Shown piece by piece: positions 49,971 to 62,699 of a DNA stretch of 64,000 bases. Each line of letters starts with the position of its first letter. Position 1 is the stretch's first letter. Location: positions 98,472,699 through 98,536,698 of the forward strand of contig NC_092382.1 of the NCBI RefSeq assembly GCF_030028105.1. The letters run 5' to 3'. The stretch comes from Mobula birostris (taxonomy: Eukaryota). Below the pieces are notes generated by a model. That model made no database searches. It had not been told where the DNA came from and saw nothing but the letters and a program-made list of their open reading frames with translations. The position numbers and the translations under genes were made by a program.

Positions 49971-52900
49971 TGCCAGGGTGCGGGATGTCTCGGATCGGGT
50001 CCTGAATATTCTAAAGGGGGAGGGTGAGCAGCCAGTTGTCTTGGTACATGTTGGTACCAAAGACATAGATAGGACAAAGGAGGAGGTCCTGAAGAGAGTT
50101 TTCCAGGAGTTAGGAAGGAAGCTGATAAGCAGGACCTCCAGGGTAGTAATCTCGGGATTGCTACCTGTGCCACGTGCGAGCGAGGGCAAGAGTAGTCGGA
50201 TCAGGCAGATGAATGCGTGGCTGAGAGGCTGGTTTAGGGGGCAGGGCTTCAGATTCTTGGATAATTGGGATCTCTTCTGGGGGAAGTATGTCTTGTTCAA
50301 AAAGGACAGGTTACACCTGAACCCGAAGGGGAGCAATATCCTGGCGGGAAAGTTTAATAGAGCTGTTAAGGAGGGTTTGAACTAGTTTTGCAGGGGGATG
50401 GGAACCGGAATGATAGAGCGGAGGAAGGGGAAAACAGAAATAAACCTAAGATAGTGAGCAGTAAAGATATCAGGATAGACAGGCAGAAGATGGGGCAAAT
50501 GTGTAGCCATTGGGATGAGATGCAGTGCAACAAAGTTGCAGTGAAATCAAAGCGAAAAGTATTAAATACTGTTCTTAAGGTGTTGTACTTAAATGCACGC
50601 AGCATAAGGAATAAAGTGGATGATCTTGTTATGCAGCTACAGATAGGCAGGTATGATATTCTGGCCATCACTGAGACCTGGCTAAAGGATGCATGTCTCT
50701 GGGAGCTGAATGTCCAAGGATTCACGGTGTATCGGAAGGATAGGAAGGTAGGCAAAGGGGGAGGCGTGGCTTTATTGATAGGAAATGATATTAAATCATT
50801 AGAAAGAGGTGATATAGGATCGGAAGGTGCAGAATATTTCTGGGTTGAGCTCAGAAATAGCAGGGGTAAGAGGACCCTGATGGCATTTATTTATAGGCCT
50901 CCAAACAGATGCAGGGATGTGGACTACAAATTCCAACTGGAAATAGAAAAGGCTTGTCAGAAGGGCAGTGTTATGATAATCCTGTGGGATTTTAACATGC
51001 GAGAAGTTGGAAAAATCAGGTCAGCACTGGATCTCAACAAAGAGAATTTGTAGAATGTCTGCGAGATGGCTTTTTAGAACAGCTTGTTGTTGAGCCTACT
51101 AGGGTATCGGCTGTACTGGATTGGGTATTGTGTAATGGACCGGAGGTGATTAGAGAGATTGAGGTGAAGGAACCCTTAGGAGACAGTGATCATAGCATGA
51201 TTAAGTTCACTGTGAAATTAGAAAAATAGAAGCCAAAATCTGATGTGTCAGAATTTCAGTGGAGTACAGTAAATTACAGTGGCATGAGAAAGGAACTGTC
51301 CAAAGTTGACTGGAAAGGAACACTGGTGGAAAAAAAAAAAAAAAAAAAAAAAACAGCAGAACAGCAGTGGCTGGAGTTCACGCGAGAACTGAGGAAGGTG
51401 CAAGACAGGTATACTCCAAAGAAGAAGAAATTTTCGAGTGGAAATAGGATGCAACCGTGGTCGACAAGAGAAGTCCAAGCCAAGGTTAAAGCAAAAGAGA
51501 GGGCATAGAAGGAAGCAAAAATTAGTGGGAAGACAGAGGATTGGGAAGTTTTTAAAACCTTATAAAAGGAAACCAATAAGGTCATTAAGAGAGAAAGGAT
51601 TATCTATGAAAGGAAGCTAGCAAATAATATCAAAGGGGATACTGAAAGCTTTTTCAAGTATGTAAAGAGTAAAGGACTGCTGAGCGTAGATATAGGACCG
51701 ATAGAAAATGATGCAGGAGAATTTGTAGTGGGAGATAAGGAGATGTCAGAGGAACTGAACGAGTATTTTGCATCAGTCTTCACTGAGAAAGACATCAGCA
51801 GTACACCGGACACTCAAGGGTGGCAGGGAAGAGAAGTGTGCGCAATCACAATTACGACAGAGAAAGTACTCAGGAAGCTGAATAGTCTAAAGGTAGATAA
51901 ATCTCCTGGACCAGATGGAACTCACCCTCGTGTTCTGAAGGAGGAGCTGTGGAGATTGCGGTGGCATTCGCGATGATCTTACCACAGTCGATAGATTCTT
52001 GCATGGTTCCGGAAGACTGGAAGATTGCAAATGTCACTCCATTATTTAAGAAGGGGACAAGGAAGCAAAAAGGAAATTATCGACCTGTTAGATTAACATC
52101 AGTGGTTTGAGAAGTTGTTGGAGTCGATTGTCAAGGATGAGGTTACAGAGTACCTGGAGGCATATGACAAGATGGGCAGAACTCAGCATGGATTCCTTAT
52201 AGGAAAATCCCGCCTGACAAAACTGTCACAGTTCTTTGAGGATATTACCAGTAGGCTAGACAAGGGAGATGCAGTGGATGTTGTTTATTTGGATTTTCAG
52301 AAGGCCTTTGACAAGGTGCCACACATGAGGCTGCATAACAAGATAAGAGCCCGTGAAATTATGGAAAAGTTACATACGTGGATAGAGCGTTGGTTGATTG
52401 GCAGGAAACAGAGAGTGGGAATAAAGGGATCCTAATGTGGTTGGCTGCCGGTTACCAGTGGTGTTCCACAGGGGTCAGTGTTAGGGCCGCTTCTTTTTAC
52501 ACTGTATATCAACGATTTGGATTATGGAATAGATGGCTTTGTGGCTAAGCTTGCTGACGATACGAAGATAGCTGGACGGGCAGATAGTGCTGAGGAAACG
52601 AAGAGTCTGCAGAGAGACTTGGATAGATTGGAAGAAAGGGCAGAGAAGTGGCAAATGAAGTACAATGTTGGAAAGTGTATGGTTATGCACTTTTGCAGAA
52701 CAAATGAACGGGCAGACTACTATTTAAATAGTGAAAGAATTCAAAGTTCTAAGATGAACCGGGACTTGGGAGTCCTCGTACAGGATATCCTTAAAGTTAA
52801 CCTCCAGGAGGAGTCAGTAGTGAAGAGAGCCAATGCAATATTGACATTCATTTCTAGAGGAATGGAGTATAGGAGCAGGGTTGTTATGTTGAGGCTCTAT

Positions 52901-53490
52901 AAGGCGCTGGTGAGACCACACTTGGAGTACTGTGGGCAGTTTTGGTCTGCTTATTTAAGAGAGGATGTGCTGACCTTCGAGAGGGTACAGAGAAGATTCA
53001 ATAGAATGATTACGGAAATGAGAAGGTTAACATATGAGGAACGTTTGTCCGCTCTTGGACTGTATTCCTTGGAGTTTAGAAGAATGAGGGGAGACCACAT
53101 AGAAACATTTCGAATATTGCAAGGCATGGCCAGAGTGGATGTCGCAACGTTGTTTCCCATAATGGGGGACTCTTGTACGAGAGGGCATGACTTTAGGATT
53201 GAAGGGCCCCCATTCAGAACAGAAATGCGAAGATTTTTTTTAAGTCAGAGGGTGGTGAATCTATGGAATTTGTAGCCACGGGCAGCAGTGGAGGCCAAGT
53301 CGTCGGGTGTATTTAAGGCAGAGAGTGCAAGGTATCTGAGTAGCCAAGGCATCAAAGGTTATGGTGAGAAGGCGGCGGAGTGGGATTAAGTTGGAGAATG
53401 GATCATCTCATGATAAAATGGCGGAGCACACTCGATGGGCCGAATGGCCTACTTCTGCTCCTTTGTCTTCTGGTCTTATGGTCTTATGGT
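49968..53490 (+). mobile_element. Near full-length CR1 LINE (3' half of ORF1 plus ORF2), inactivated
   Basis: ORF1 SGNH esterase (VHVGTKD, SGLLP, DRLHL); APE endonuclease (YLNARS, AITETWL); RT (YLDFQKAFDKVPH, KLADDTK); (TCTTATGG)n tail at ~53475-53490; several stops and frameshifts. Confidence 0.95.
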
Positions 53491-54099
53491 GAGACCGTAT
53501 CTCTTCACATGAATAAGCGCTCGACGTCGCGGGCCGACAGCATTCACTCGGACTTTACAGCAGCAATGTACATTTACTCTCTACATAGTTTTGATCAGTT
53601 CCCTGCACGTCACCGCCATTTGCAACTGATCAACGTGGCACCGAGCCTAAGCAAAAACTGATGACAAAAATACGTCCGTAGCTCTCACCGACTTAACACC
53701 GCAGGAATATAACAATAAAATATAGGAACCGAATTAGGACATTTGGCCCAACGCGTCTGCTCGATAATGGCTGATATTTTACTTCCCTTCCTCACCCCCA
53801 ATCCCCGGCCTTTTGCTTTATTGCTGCGTCCAATCAACAACCAATCAATCTCTGGTTTAAATGAACCCAAGGATACGGCCTCCACAGCTGAATGTGGGTC
53901 CAAATTCGCTATCTTCTAGCGAAAGATATTTCTCTGCTTCTCTGTTTTGAATGGACGTCTCTGTGTTCTGAGGCTGCACCCTCTTGTCTCAGACACCGCA
54001 GCTTTGGGAAACATCCTTCGCACATCCATCTGCCTTGGGTTTTCAATATCTGAAAGGATGAAGTGAGATCCCACCCCATCCTTCTGACGTTGCTGAGAG

Positions 54100-56725
54100 T
54101 ACAGAGTTTTCTGTAGGTCCCTTAGTAGAAGCAGAGATAACGAGGAACAGATTGGGAGCAACAAACATCAAAGTAGCTGGTGAACGCAGCAGGCCAGGCA
54201 GCATCTCTAGGAAGAGGTACAGACGGCGTTTCAGGCCGAGACCCTTCGTCAAGACTGCTTCGTCAGCAGATTGGGAGGCATTTTTTAGAAAGGTGGGAAA
54301 ATAACAGGGTTGTTATCATGGGTGAATTAACTTCCCTAATATTGATTGGCACCTGATTAGCTCCAATGATTTAGACGGGACAGAGTTTGTTAAGTGTGTC
54401 CAGGACGGATTCCTGTCACAAAATATGTACAGGACGAACAGGCGGAATGCGATACTAAATCTCGTATTACGTAACAAACTGCGTCTGGTCACAGTCTCTC
54501 AGTGGGTGAGTTGCTGGTGGACTGTGAGCACCGCTCCCTGGCCTGTAATATTATCATGAAAAAGGATAGAATCAGAGAGGACAGGAATAAATAATTGGAG
54601 CAGGGAAAATGATGATGTTTTAAGGGCAGAACCTGCGGTGTGAATTGGAGTGATGTTTTTGCAGGGAAATATACTGTGGACATTTGGTCGATGTCTAGCG
54701 ATCTCTTGCTGGATGTTCGGGATAAATTTTCCCGAGGAGGAAGATAAAGAAAGGTAGGGTGAAGGAACCATGGGTGACAAGTGAGGTGGAAAATCTAGAG
54801 AGGTGGAAGAAGGCAGCTTGCCTGAGGTTTAGGAAGAAAGGATCAGATGGGTCTTTTGAGGAATGTAGGGCAGCAAGAAAGGAGCTTAGGAAGGGGCTGA
54901 GAACAGCAAGATGGGGGCATGAGAAGACCTTGGCGAGTAGGGTAAAGGAAAACACCAAGGCATTCTTCAATTAGGTGAATAACAAAATGATGGCAGGAGT
55001 GAAGATAGGATCATTTAGAGATACAGGTGTGAAGATTTGCCTGGAGGCTGTGGAAGTAAGCGAGGTCCTCAATGAATTCTTCTCTCCGGTATTCACCAAT
55101 GAGAGGGAACCTGATGAAGCTGGGGACAATATGAGTGAGGATTATGTTCTGGAGCACGTTGGTATTAAGGGAGAAGAAGTGTTGGAGCTGTTAAAATACA
55201 TTAGGACGGATAAATTCCCGGGCCATGACGGAATATTACCCAGGCTTCTCCAGGAGGCGAGGGAAGAGATTGCTGAGCCTTTGGCTAGGATATTCGTGTC
55301 CTTGTTGTCCAAGGGAATGGTACCGGAGGATTGGAGGGAGGCGAATGTTAACCCCTTGCTCAAAAAAGATATTAGGGATAGTCCGAATAATTATAGACCA
55401 GTGAGCCTTACGTCTGTGGTTGGAAATCTGTTGGAAAAGATTCTTAGTGATAGAATCTATGGTCATTTAGCGAATCATGATCTGATCAGTGACGGTCAGC
55501 ATTTCTTCGTGAAAGGAAGACCGTCTCTAACAAGCTTGATAGACTTTTTGAGGAGGTGATCAGGCATATATATGAGGGTAGTGCAGTGTTTGTGACCTGC
55601 ATGGAAGTAAGTAAGGCATTGGACAAGGTTCCACAGGGAAGGTTTATTCAGAAAGTCAGAAGGCAGGGGATCCAGTGAAGGTTGGCAAGGCGGTTTCCGA
55701 ACTGGCTCGCCTGAAGATAGCAGAGGCTCGTGGTGGAGGGAGTACATTCGGTTTGGAGGGTTCTGTCTAGTTGTGTCCCACAAGGATCTGTTCTGGGACC
55801 TCTGCTTTTCGTGATTTTTATTAATGACCTGGATGTGGGGGTTGAAGGGTGGGTTGGCAAGTTTGCAGAAGACACAAAGGTTGGTGATGTAGAGGACAGT
55901 GCTGGGAACCGTCGGAAAGACATTGATAGGATGTAGAAGCGGGCTGAGAAGTGACAGATCGAGCTCAATCCCGGGAAGTATGAGGTTGTATACTTTGGAA
56001 AGGCAAACTCCATGGCAGAGTACAAAGTAAATCTGGGATACTTGGTAGTGTGGACGAGCAGAGGGATCTGGGTTTACATGTCCATATATCCCTTAAAGTT
56101 GCCTGATAGGTAGGTAGGGTAGTTTTGAAATGTTAAGGGGTGTTAGCTTTCATTAGTCGATGAACAGAGTTTAACAGTCGCGGGTAAATGATGCCGCTCC
56201 GCAAAACTCTGGTTAGGCCACGCTTGGAGTACTGTGTCCAGTTCTGGTCACCTCACTATGACATGGATGTGGAAGCATTGGAAAGGGTACAGACGAGATT
56301 TACCAGCATGCTGCCTCGTTTAGAGAGTATGCCTTATGATCAGAGATTAAGTGAGCTAGAGATTTAGTCTTTGGAGAGAAGGAGGATGAAAGGAGACCTG
56401 ATAGAGTTATACAAGGTATTAAGAGGAATAGATAGAGTGGACAGCCAGCGCCTCTTATCCCCACGGCACCACTGCTCAGTCCAAGAGGACATGGCCTGTA
56501 TGAAAGTGGTGGGAATTTCAAGGGGGATATTAGAGGAAGGTATTTTACTTAGAGTGTGGCTGGTGCGTGGAATTCACTTTCTGAGTCACTGGTGGAGGTA
56601 GATACACTAGTGAAAATTAAGAGACTACTAGACTGGCATATGGAGGAATTTACTGTGGATGGTTATCTGGGAGGTAATGGTCACCACAACATTGAGGGCC
56701 GAAGGGCCTGTACTGTGCTATACTA
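54100..56725 (+). mobile_element. Decayed CR1 ORF2 (endonuclease end, RT, 3' UTR)
   Basis: PEDWREANV.PL.KK, NYRPVSLTSVV, VPQGSVLGPLLF.IFINDLD, KFAEDTK; TGTACTGTGCT-type tail. Confidence 0.9.
54159..54266 (-). mobile_element. Short Penelope-type pLTR insertion with degenerate hammerhead ribozyme motif
   Basis: Minus strand reads GTC-TTGACGA-AGG-GTCTCGG-CCT-GAAA-CG. Flanked by an 11-bp direct repeat CAGATTGGGAG (54148-54158, 54267-54277). A related partial copy is at 42790-42868. Confidence 0.7.
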
Positions 56726-56747
56726 CTCGAAGTTACATATTGTATGT

Positions 56748-59700
56748 TTAAGAAAAGATGTGGCGACATTTTATCTAACTCGCCAGGCTTGTCAGGTTGT
56801 GGGGAAACCTAATCAAGTTACTCCAGTAGCTCCACTGCAACCGATTCCCTCATTTGTTGAACTATTCTCCAAACTGATTGTAGATTGTGTCGGCCCATTG
56901 TAAAACAGTAAAGCTTGCCTCCAGTATTTGCAGAATATCATCTGGAACGCAATTAGGTTTCCAGAGGCAATACCTCTTGGGAATATAACGGTGAAAACTG
57001 TAACAATTACTCGAATAAAATTCTTTACTTATCTTGGATTGCCTAAGGAGATCCAATGTGATCAAGGTAGTAACTCTATGCGTGGATTGTTCCAGCAGAT
57101 AGATTATACTCTGGGAGCCAAACAGATTACGTCGGCTGCGTTATCATCCCGATTCACAGGGGGCTTGGAGACGTTCCATTCTACCCTCAAACCCTTGACT
57201 CGGATGGTCTGTGTAAAAATGAGAAGGATTTGGATAAGGGCGTTCATTTACTTTTGTTTGCAGTAGGGGAGTCAGTGCAGGAACCTCTAGCATTCAGTCC
57301 TTTCGAACCGGTGTTTGGGCACGGAGGTCAAGGACCTTTGACATTCTGAAAGGAACAATGGGTTAACAACGAATTACATACTAATTTGCCGGATTATGTT
57401 TCAAAATTTAAGGAAATATTACAAAAAGCTTGTGACTTAGCAAGAGAAAAACTAAAATCTGCTCAGAAGAAAATGAAAACTTGGTCGGACAACGAAGCCA
57501 GAATGAGGTCACTTAAGCCTTGAAGTGAAGTGTTGGTTCTTTTCAATGTGCAAACGGACCCATTAAAAGCTAAATTTCCTGGTCCTTATGAGATGATATC
57601 TAAGGTCAGTGATATAGGTTATGTGGTTAAAACACCAGATCGAATAGGCGAACGCAGCTTTGTCATGTAAATATGACAAAACCATATTAAAAGAAACAGC
57701 CCGTTAATATGCCTGTTGTGGTCAATAATAATGAGTCTTATCCCTCTGGGAACTTATCGGATCTACCTGAGTCTCATTTAAACCGAACATTATTTCTGCC
57801 TGCTTACCAAACTGGAAAATTCTGGAAAATATTGAAAAAAAAATTGGCTCATTTACAGCCGGAGCAGCTGCGGTAGCTATGGCAGTTAAGTTTTCAATAT
57901 AGGGATTTATTTCCAGACGTTCCTCAAAGAACCACAGTAGGTTCACATGATTTAGATGTTGGAGATGCCAAACTCATAAAGCAACATCCATATCGGATGA
58001 ACATGGAAAAATGCGTACTGGGTGAACGAGACATTAAGTATATATTAGAACATAATATTATTAGACCTTCTACATCGAATTGGAGTTGGTCTTGTGTTAT
58101 GGTGCGTAACCAGATGGTAGTATTCGGTGTTCTACTCAATACAGGAAGATGAATGCTGTAACAAGAACAGACGCGTATCTAATCCCTAGGGTAGATAATT
58201 GTGTGGAGAAAGTTGGAAAAACAAAGCTCCTTACAAAGATTGATTTGTTAAAAGGGTATAGTGTGTTCTACTGACGGATAGATGTAGAGAAATTTCTGCA
58301 TTTGTAACACCATGTGGGCTATAAGAATATAATGTTCTGGCGTTTGAAATGAAGAATGCACCAGGAACTTTTCAGAGAATGATTAATTCTGTGATTTATG
58401 GGTTAAAATATACAGATGCCTATATTGATGATTTCGTTACAGGAAATGGTACTTGGGAAGCACACATTACTGCAGTGGAGCAACTATTTGAAAGGCTTTC
58501 AATTGCTAACCTAACAATTAACTTAGCTAAAGGTGAATTTGGTCATGTCACTGTGACCTACCTTGGTTATGCTGTGTGTCATGGTAGATTAGATCCTATT
58601 CAGGCAGTTTTAGAGGTACCACCTCCAACTGGTAAAAAGGCTGTCAGAAGAATCTTGGGAATGGTAGGATATTATGGAAAATTTTGTAAGAATTTTGCTG
58701 AGATAGCCCTTCCATGAACTAACCTCTTGAAGAAAGTTGAAAAGTTTGTGTAGATAGTGCTTTTTCAGGAGGCATTTAATAAATTCAAAACTGTGCTATG
58801 TCATGAACCTGTGCTCAGGTCAACTGACTTTGAAAAACCATTTTCATTAGCTGTGAGGGCCAGTGATGAGGCTGCAGGAGTCGTGTTACTCCAAAGGCAT
58901 GAGGGTGATGAGGTTGATCGTCCGGTAGCTTACTTTTCTAAGAAATTTCATTAGCATCAAAAATTATTCAACCATAGAAAAGGAAATAATATCTCTTGTT
59001 TTGGCCTTACAACACTTTCAAATGTATGTTGGTGCAACTCAGAAACTACTCAGAGCTCACATTCATAATCCATGAGTATTTTTGAGTAAGATGAGAAACA
59101 AAACATAGAAGCTTACTGAATTGGTGTTTGATGTTGCAGGAGTATAATATTTTGATAACTCATATTAAGGCAAAGATAATGGAATTGCCGATTGTCTGTC
59201 CCGATGCTGATTTACAATGGCGTTTTTGAGTGGAATTTTAAGACTTGTAACTGTATATTAGTTTGCAAGGTGTTGTATGATAATTGTATGCATCTTATGA
59301 ACGTTGTAGATGGTATGCATTTGTATATTTTTTTTGTAAATAGTTGTTAAAATTTTGCTCATGATATACCAACATTTTCCCTTTTTTGGGTAGAAGTGTT
59401 ACATGCCCACAATATGACCATGGAACAGTGGGGTGATGTATTTGTCTCAAGACCCTGGGGTGTGTTGTGTCACGTGATGGCATCTTCCCTCCGGTACTTA
59501 TGGAAGGCGCCAAAGTTTGACGCAGTTTCTACTTTCTATATAAGGTGCAAACACGTTGTTACCGGCAGTTTCGGCAATTGTTTGCTGCACATTTGTTCTA
59601 CTTTTGCAATCCAGTACTGCAGAGTGAAGACCTTACCAACGAACCAGAACCCAAATTTGGGTAAAGTTAATGACGTACGCTGTTTTGGAAGTGATCGACT

Positions 59701-60161
59701 GTTTGGAATCGGAATCGTCTGGAGAACTGTGGCATGAACGTTTCAGTTACTCCCCTGCAAGTTCAGGACGGTTTGTGCGGTGTCCACCCTCCCGAGAGAA
59801 AAGGTCAATTACTTTATGACTTTATATTCGGTGTGAGGCCTTTAGACAAGGCATCGCTCGACTGTGATCGACAGATTTGTCATTTTCTTCGGAGGAACAG
59901 TTGCTGCATTAAGGTCTGTCCTTAAGGACTGTAAAAATCACTTGGACTTTTGAATTTACCACTTGAAACGGTGTCTCAATTTACCCCTTTTAGAAGTATT
60001 TTTTATTTCGACTGTTTTTTCGAGACATCCACGTAACGGTTAACTTCCGGTTAAGTTAGTGCTTACTTTCCAATGTTTTTGAGTAGAGGCTAATAAATGC
60101 TGTTGTTTGTTTGTAAAACCTGACTTAATTCTATATTTATTTTGTCACCGATGACATAACA
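56748..60161 (+). mobile_element. pol: 5'-truncated Gmr1-like Gypsy element: integrase-RT-RNase H plus 3' LTR (59397-60161)
   Basis: Integrase (CQVVGKPNQ, IVDCVGPL, RFPEAIPL, IQCDQGSN) lies upstream of RT (KNAPGTFQR, AYIDD) and RNase H (FSLAVRASD, PVAYFSKK). This IN-before-RT order is diagnostic of Gmr1. Many stops. Confidence 0.92.
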
Positions 60162-60439
60162 ATATTTGCAATGCTTCGCGTTATTTATCTTTTCGAGCCT
60201 CGCCTTGTCCTGCTTCATAGTTAGCTTCACCCTCAGAAAAGACATGCTGATACTGAGATACAAATGACATAATATCCAACTCTGAGGTGTGGAGTAACCC
60301 CAGCGGCGATTCTTATTAAAAGTAACACATCTGCGATTATAGGCAATATTCCCAAAATGCTCCCCACCGAATTATTGACAATTTGGTCGGTATACCTCCT
60401 TATATTTTTCCTATCCTACGTTTGGTCGGTCTTGGAGAC

Positions 60440-61620
60440 GAATGATAAAATAAGTCAGTCAGCATGGTTGTCCATTGGAAATATGAAAGTTGCTTACAGC
60501 GCGGAAAGAGGCGACGCATTGGATTTTACTTGGATTTTCAGAAGCCATTTGAAGCCACACATGAGGCAGCTTAACAAAATTATATCCTATGTTGTTACAG
60601 GAAGGATACTGGCATGGATGGAAGAATGGCTGAGAGGAGGCACCGAGTGGGAATAAAAGGGGTCTTTTCCGGTTGACGGCTAGTTACCAGTGCTGTTCTT
60701 CAAGGTTAAAAATTTGACAGGTGGCTTTTCATATTGTTTATTAGTGATTTCGATAATGGAATTAATGCTTTGTCGCACATCTTGCAGATGATGCGAAAAT
60801 GGACGGAAGCGTAGGTAGGGCTGAGGAAGCAATGCGATTGCAACACGACATGGACAAATTGGAGGAATGTTCCAGAATGGCAGACGGAAAACAATGTTGG
60901 GATATTATGATACTGCATTTTCTTAAAAAAAAACAATTACATGGACTGTTATCTGAACAGGAAGCAGGTTCAAAGATCAATGGTACAGAGAGACTTTGCA
61001 GTCCTCGTGGAAGAATCATATTAATTTACGGTTAAGTCTGTGGGGAAGATGGCAAACGGAATGTTGGCATTTATTTCAAGGGAGTAAAATACAAAAGCAA
61101 GCAGATAATGAAGAGCCTTAATAAGACACTAGTCAGGCCGCACTTTGAGTAGTTAAAAAAAGTGGTTCATATCTCAGAAAGAGTGCGTTGTCATTGGAGA
61201 GTATCGAGAGGAGGATTCGGGAATAAAAGATTTAACGTGTGATGGTCGTTTGGCGATTTTTGACCCGATCTCACTGGAATTTGGACGAATGCAGGAGGAT
61301 CTCATTGAAACCTACAGGGTGTTCAAAGGACTAGATAGGGTGGATGTAAAGAGAATGTTTCCTATGGGTAGGGTATACAGCACTCCAGGATACAACATCA
61401 CAAAAGAGGCGCGACCCTTCAGAAAGGACTGCTGCGCACTCTAAATCAGTGCTGATAGTTAAGGCGGAAATCGATCGCTCTCTGATCGTTCAGGCCATCA
61501 AAGAATATGGCGTGTAGGTAGGATTATGTAGTTGAGTGGGTTCGATCTCAGCCATAATAGAAAGGCGGAGCAGACTCGACAGCCCAATGGCCCATTACTG
61601 CTCCTATCTCTGATGTGGTG
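60440..61620 (+). mobile_element. Decayed CR1 RT/3' fragment
   Basis: PHMRQLNKI, ADDAK, LQHDMDKLEE and QEDLIETYRVFKGLDRVD remnants. Confidence 0.75.
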
Positions 61621-62699
61621 ATGGACTATCTAAATATTTTATTCGCCTGTCCCTTTTTTATTGTTGTTATACTTTTTCCTGTTGCCTTTACCATTAGACC
61701 TTACTGAAACCCTTCTACAAATTACTTGCTGGCAGGACGATTGGCGAGAACAGCCTACCAGACTGTAGTTTCCTGCCGCCGAGCCAGTGTATTCCTCTCA
61801 CGATGGAACGCGCGGCCACGGGTTACTTCGAGCACTGATCTTCCCATTGTGATGTGTTCTTTCCCGGTGTTACATCAATGCCCGCTCCATCAACAGGGTC
61901 AACAGAGAATTCCGAACTCTCCAGCTCTCTGTCTGTCGGGTAAATCAACATGTGGTCACTTCAAAGTAAAAGTAATTTTATTACCAAACTATGCTACGTC
62001 ATCAAACGCAACGTTGAGGTTAATTTTTGCTGGCATGCAGAGTACAACTGAGAAATGCAACTGAAACATTGAAGTGATCTGTAAAATCTGAGACTGCAAA
62101 TAACCAATGTGCACTGGATGACAAACTGAGCAATCAAGACATAAATAAACTAATGGATAATGAAAGAGTGGATGGATAGATACGGAGACAGGTTGGTGGA
62201 TAAGTAAATAAATTAGCGCTGAGAACGTGTTGCAGGGTCCTTGAAGGTGAGTCCACATCTTGTGAAATCATTTCAGATTTCAGGTCAGTGAGGTGATCCA
62301 GGCTGGTACATCAGCCCCGTGGTTGTAGGGTAACAACTGTTCGCGAAGCGGTTGTGTAGGAAATACAGCTGCCTTCCCTCATTCCCAATGGCAGCAGCGA
62401 GAAGTGCGCATGTCCTGGATGGTGGAGGTCCTTGATGATCGATGCTGCGTCCTTTAGTTTGAAGATGTGCTCAGTGGTGGGGAAGCTGCTCCTGAGGTGG
62501 ACCGGGCCCGAGGAGTTTCTGTTCCTGTGCACTGGTTTATCGAAAACAGGGCGTGACGTAACCAGTCATGGTCCTCTCCACAGTGCATGGAAAGAGGTTT
62601 CTCACAGCTTTATAGGCCATTATGAATCTCGCAAACTTCTGATCATTCAATTATGAGATGATACAGCACAATAGGAAACTAATCTTTCCCACTTTGTTT

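Noticed and set aside
51330-51353. Long poly(A) run as a retrocopy tail
   Set aside because: It lies inside CR1 ORF2 with colinear sequence on both sides, so it is homopolymer expansion or a sequencing artefact.
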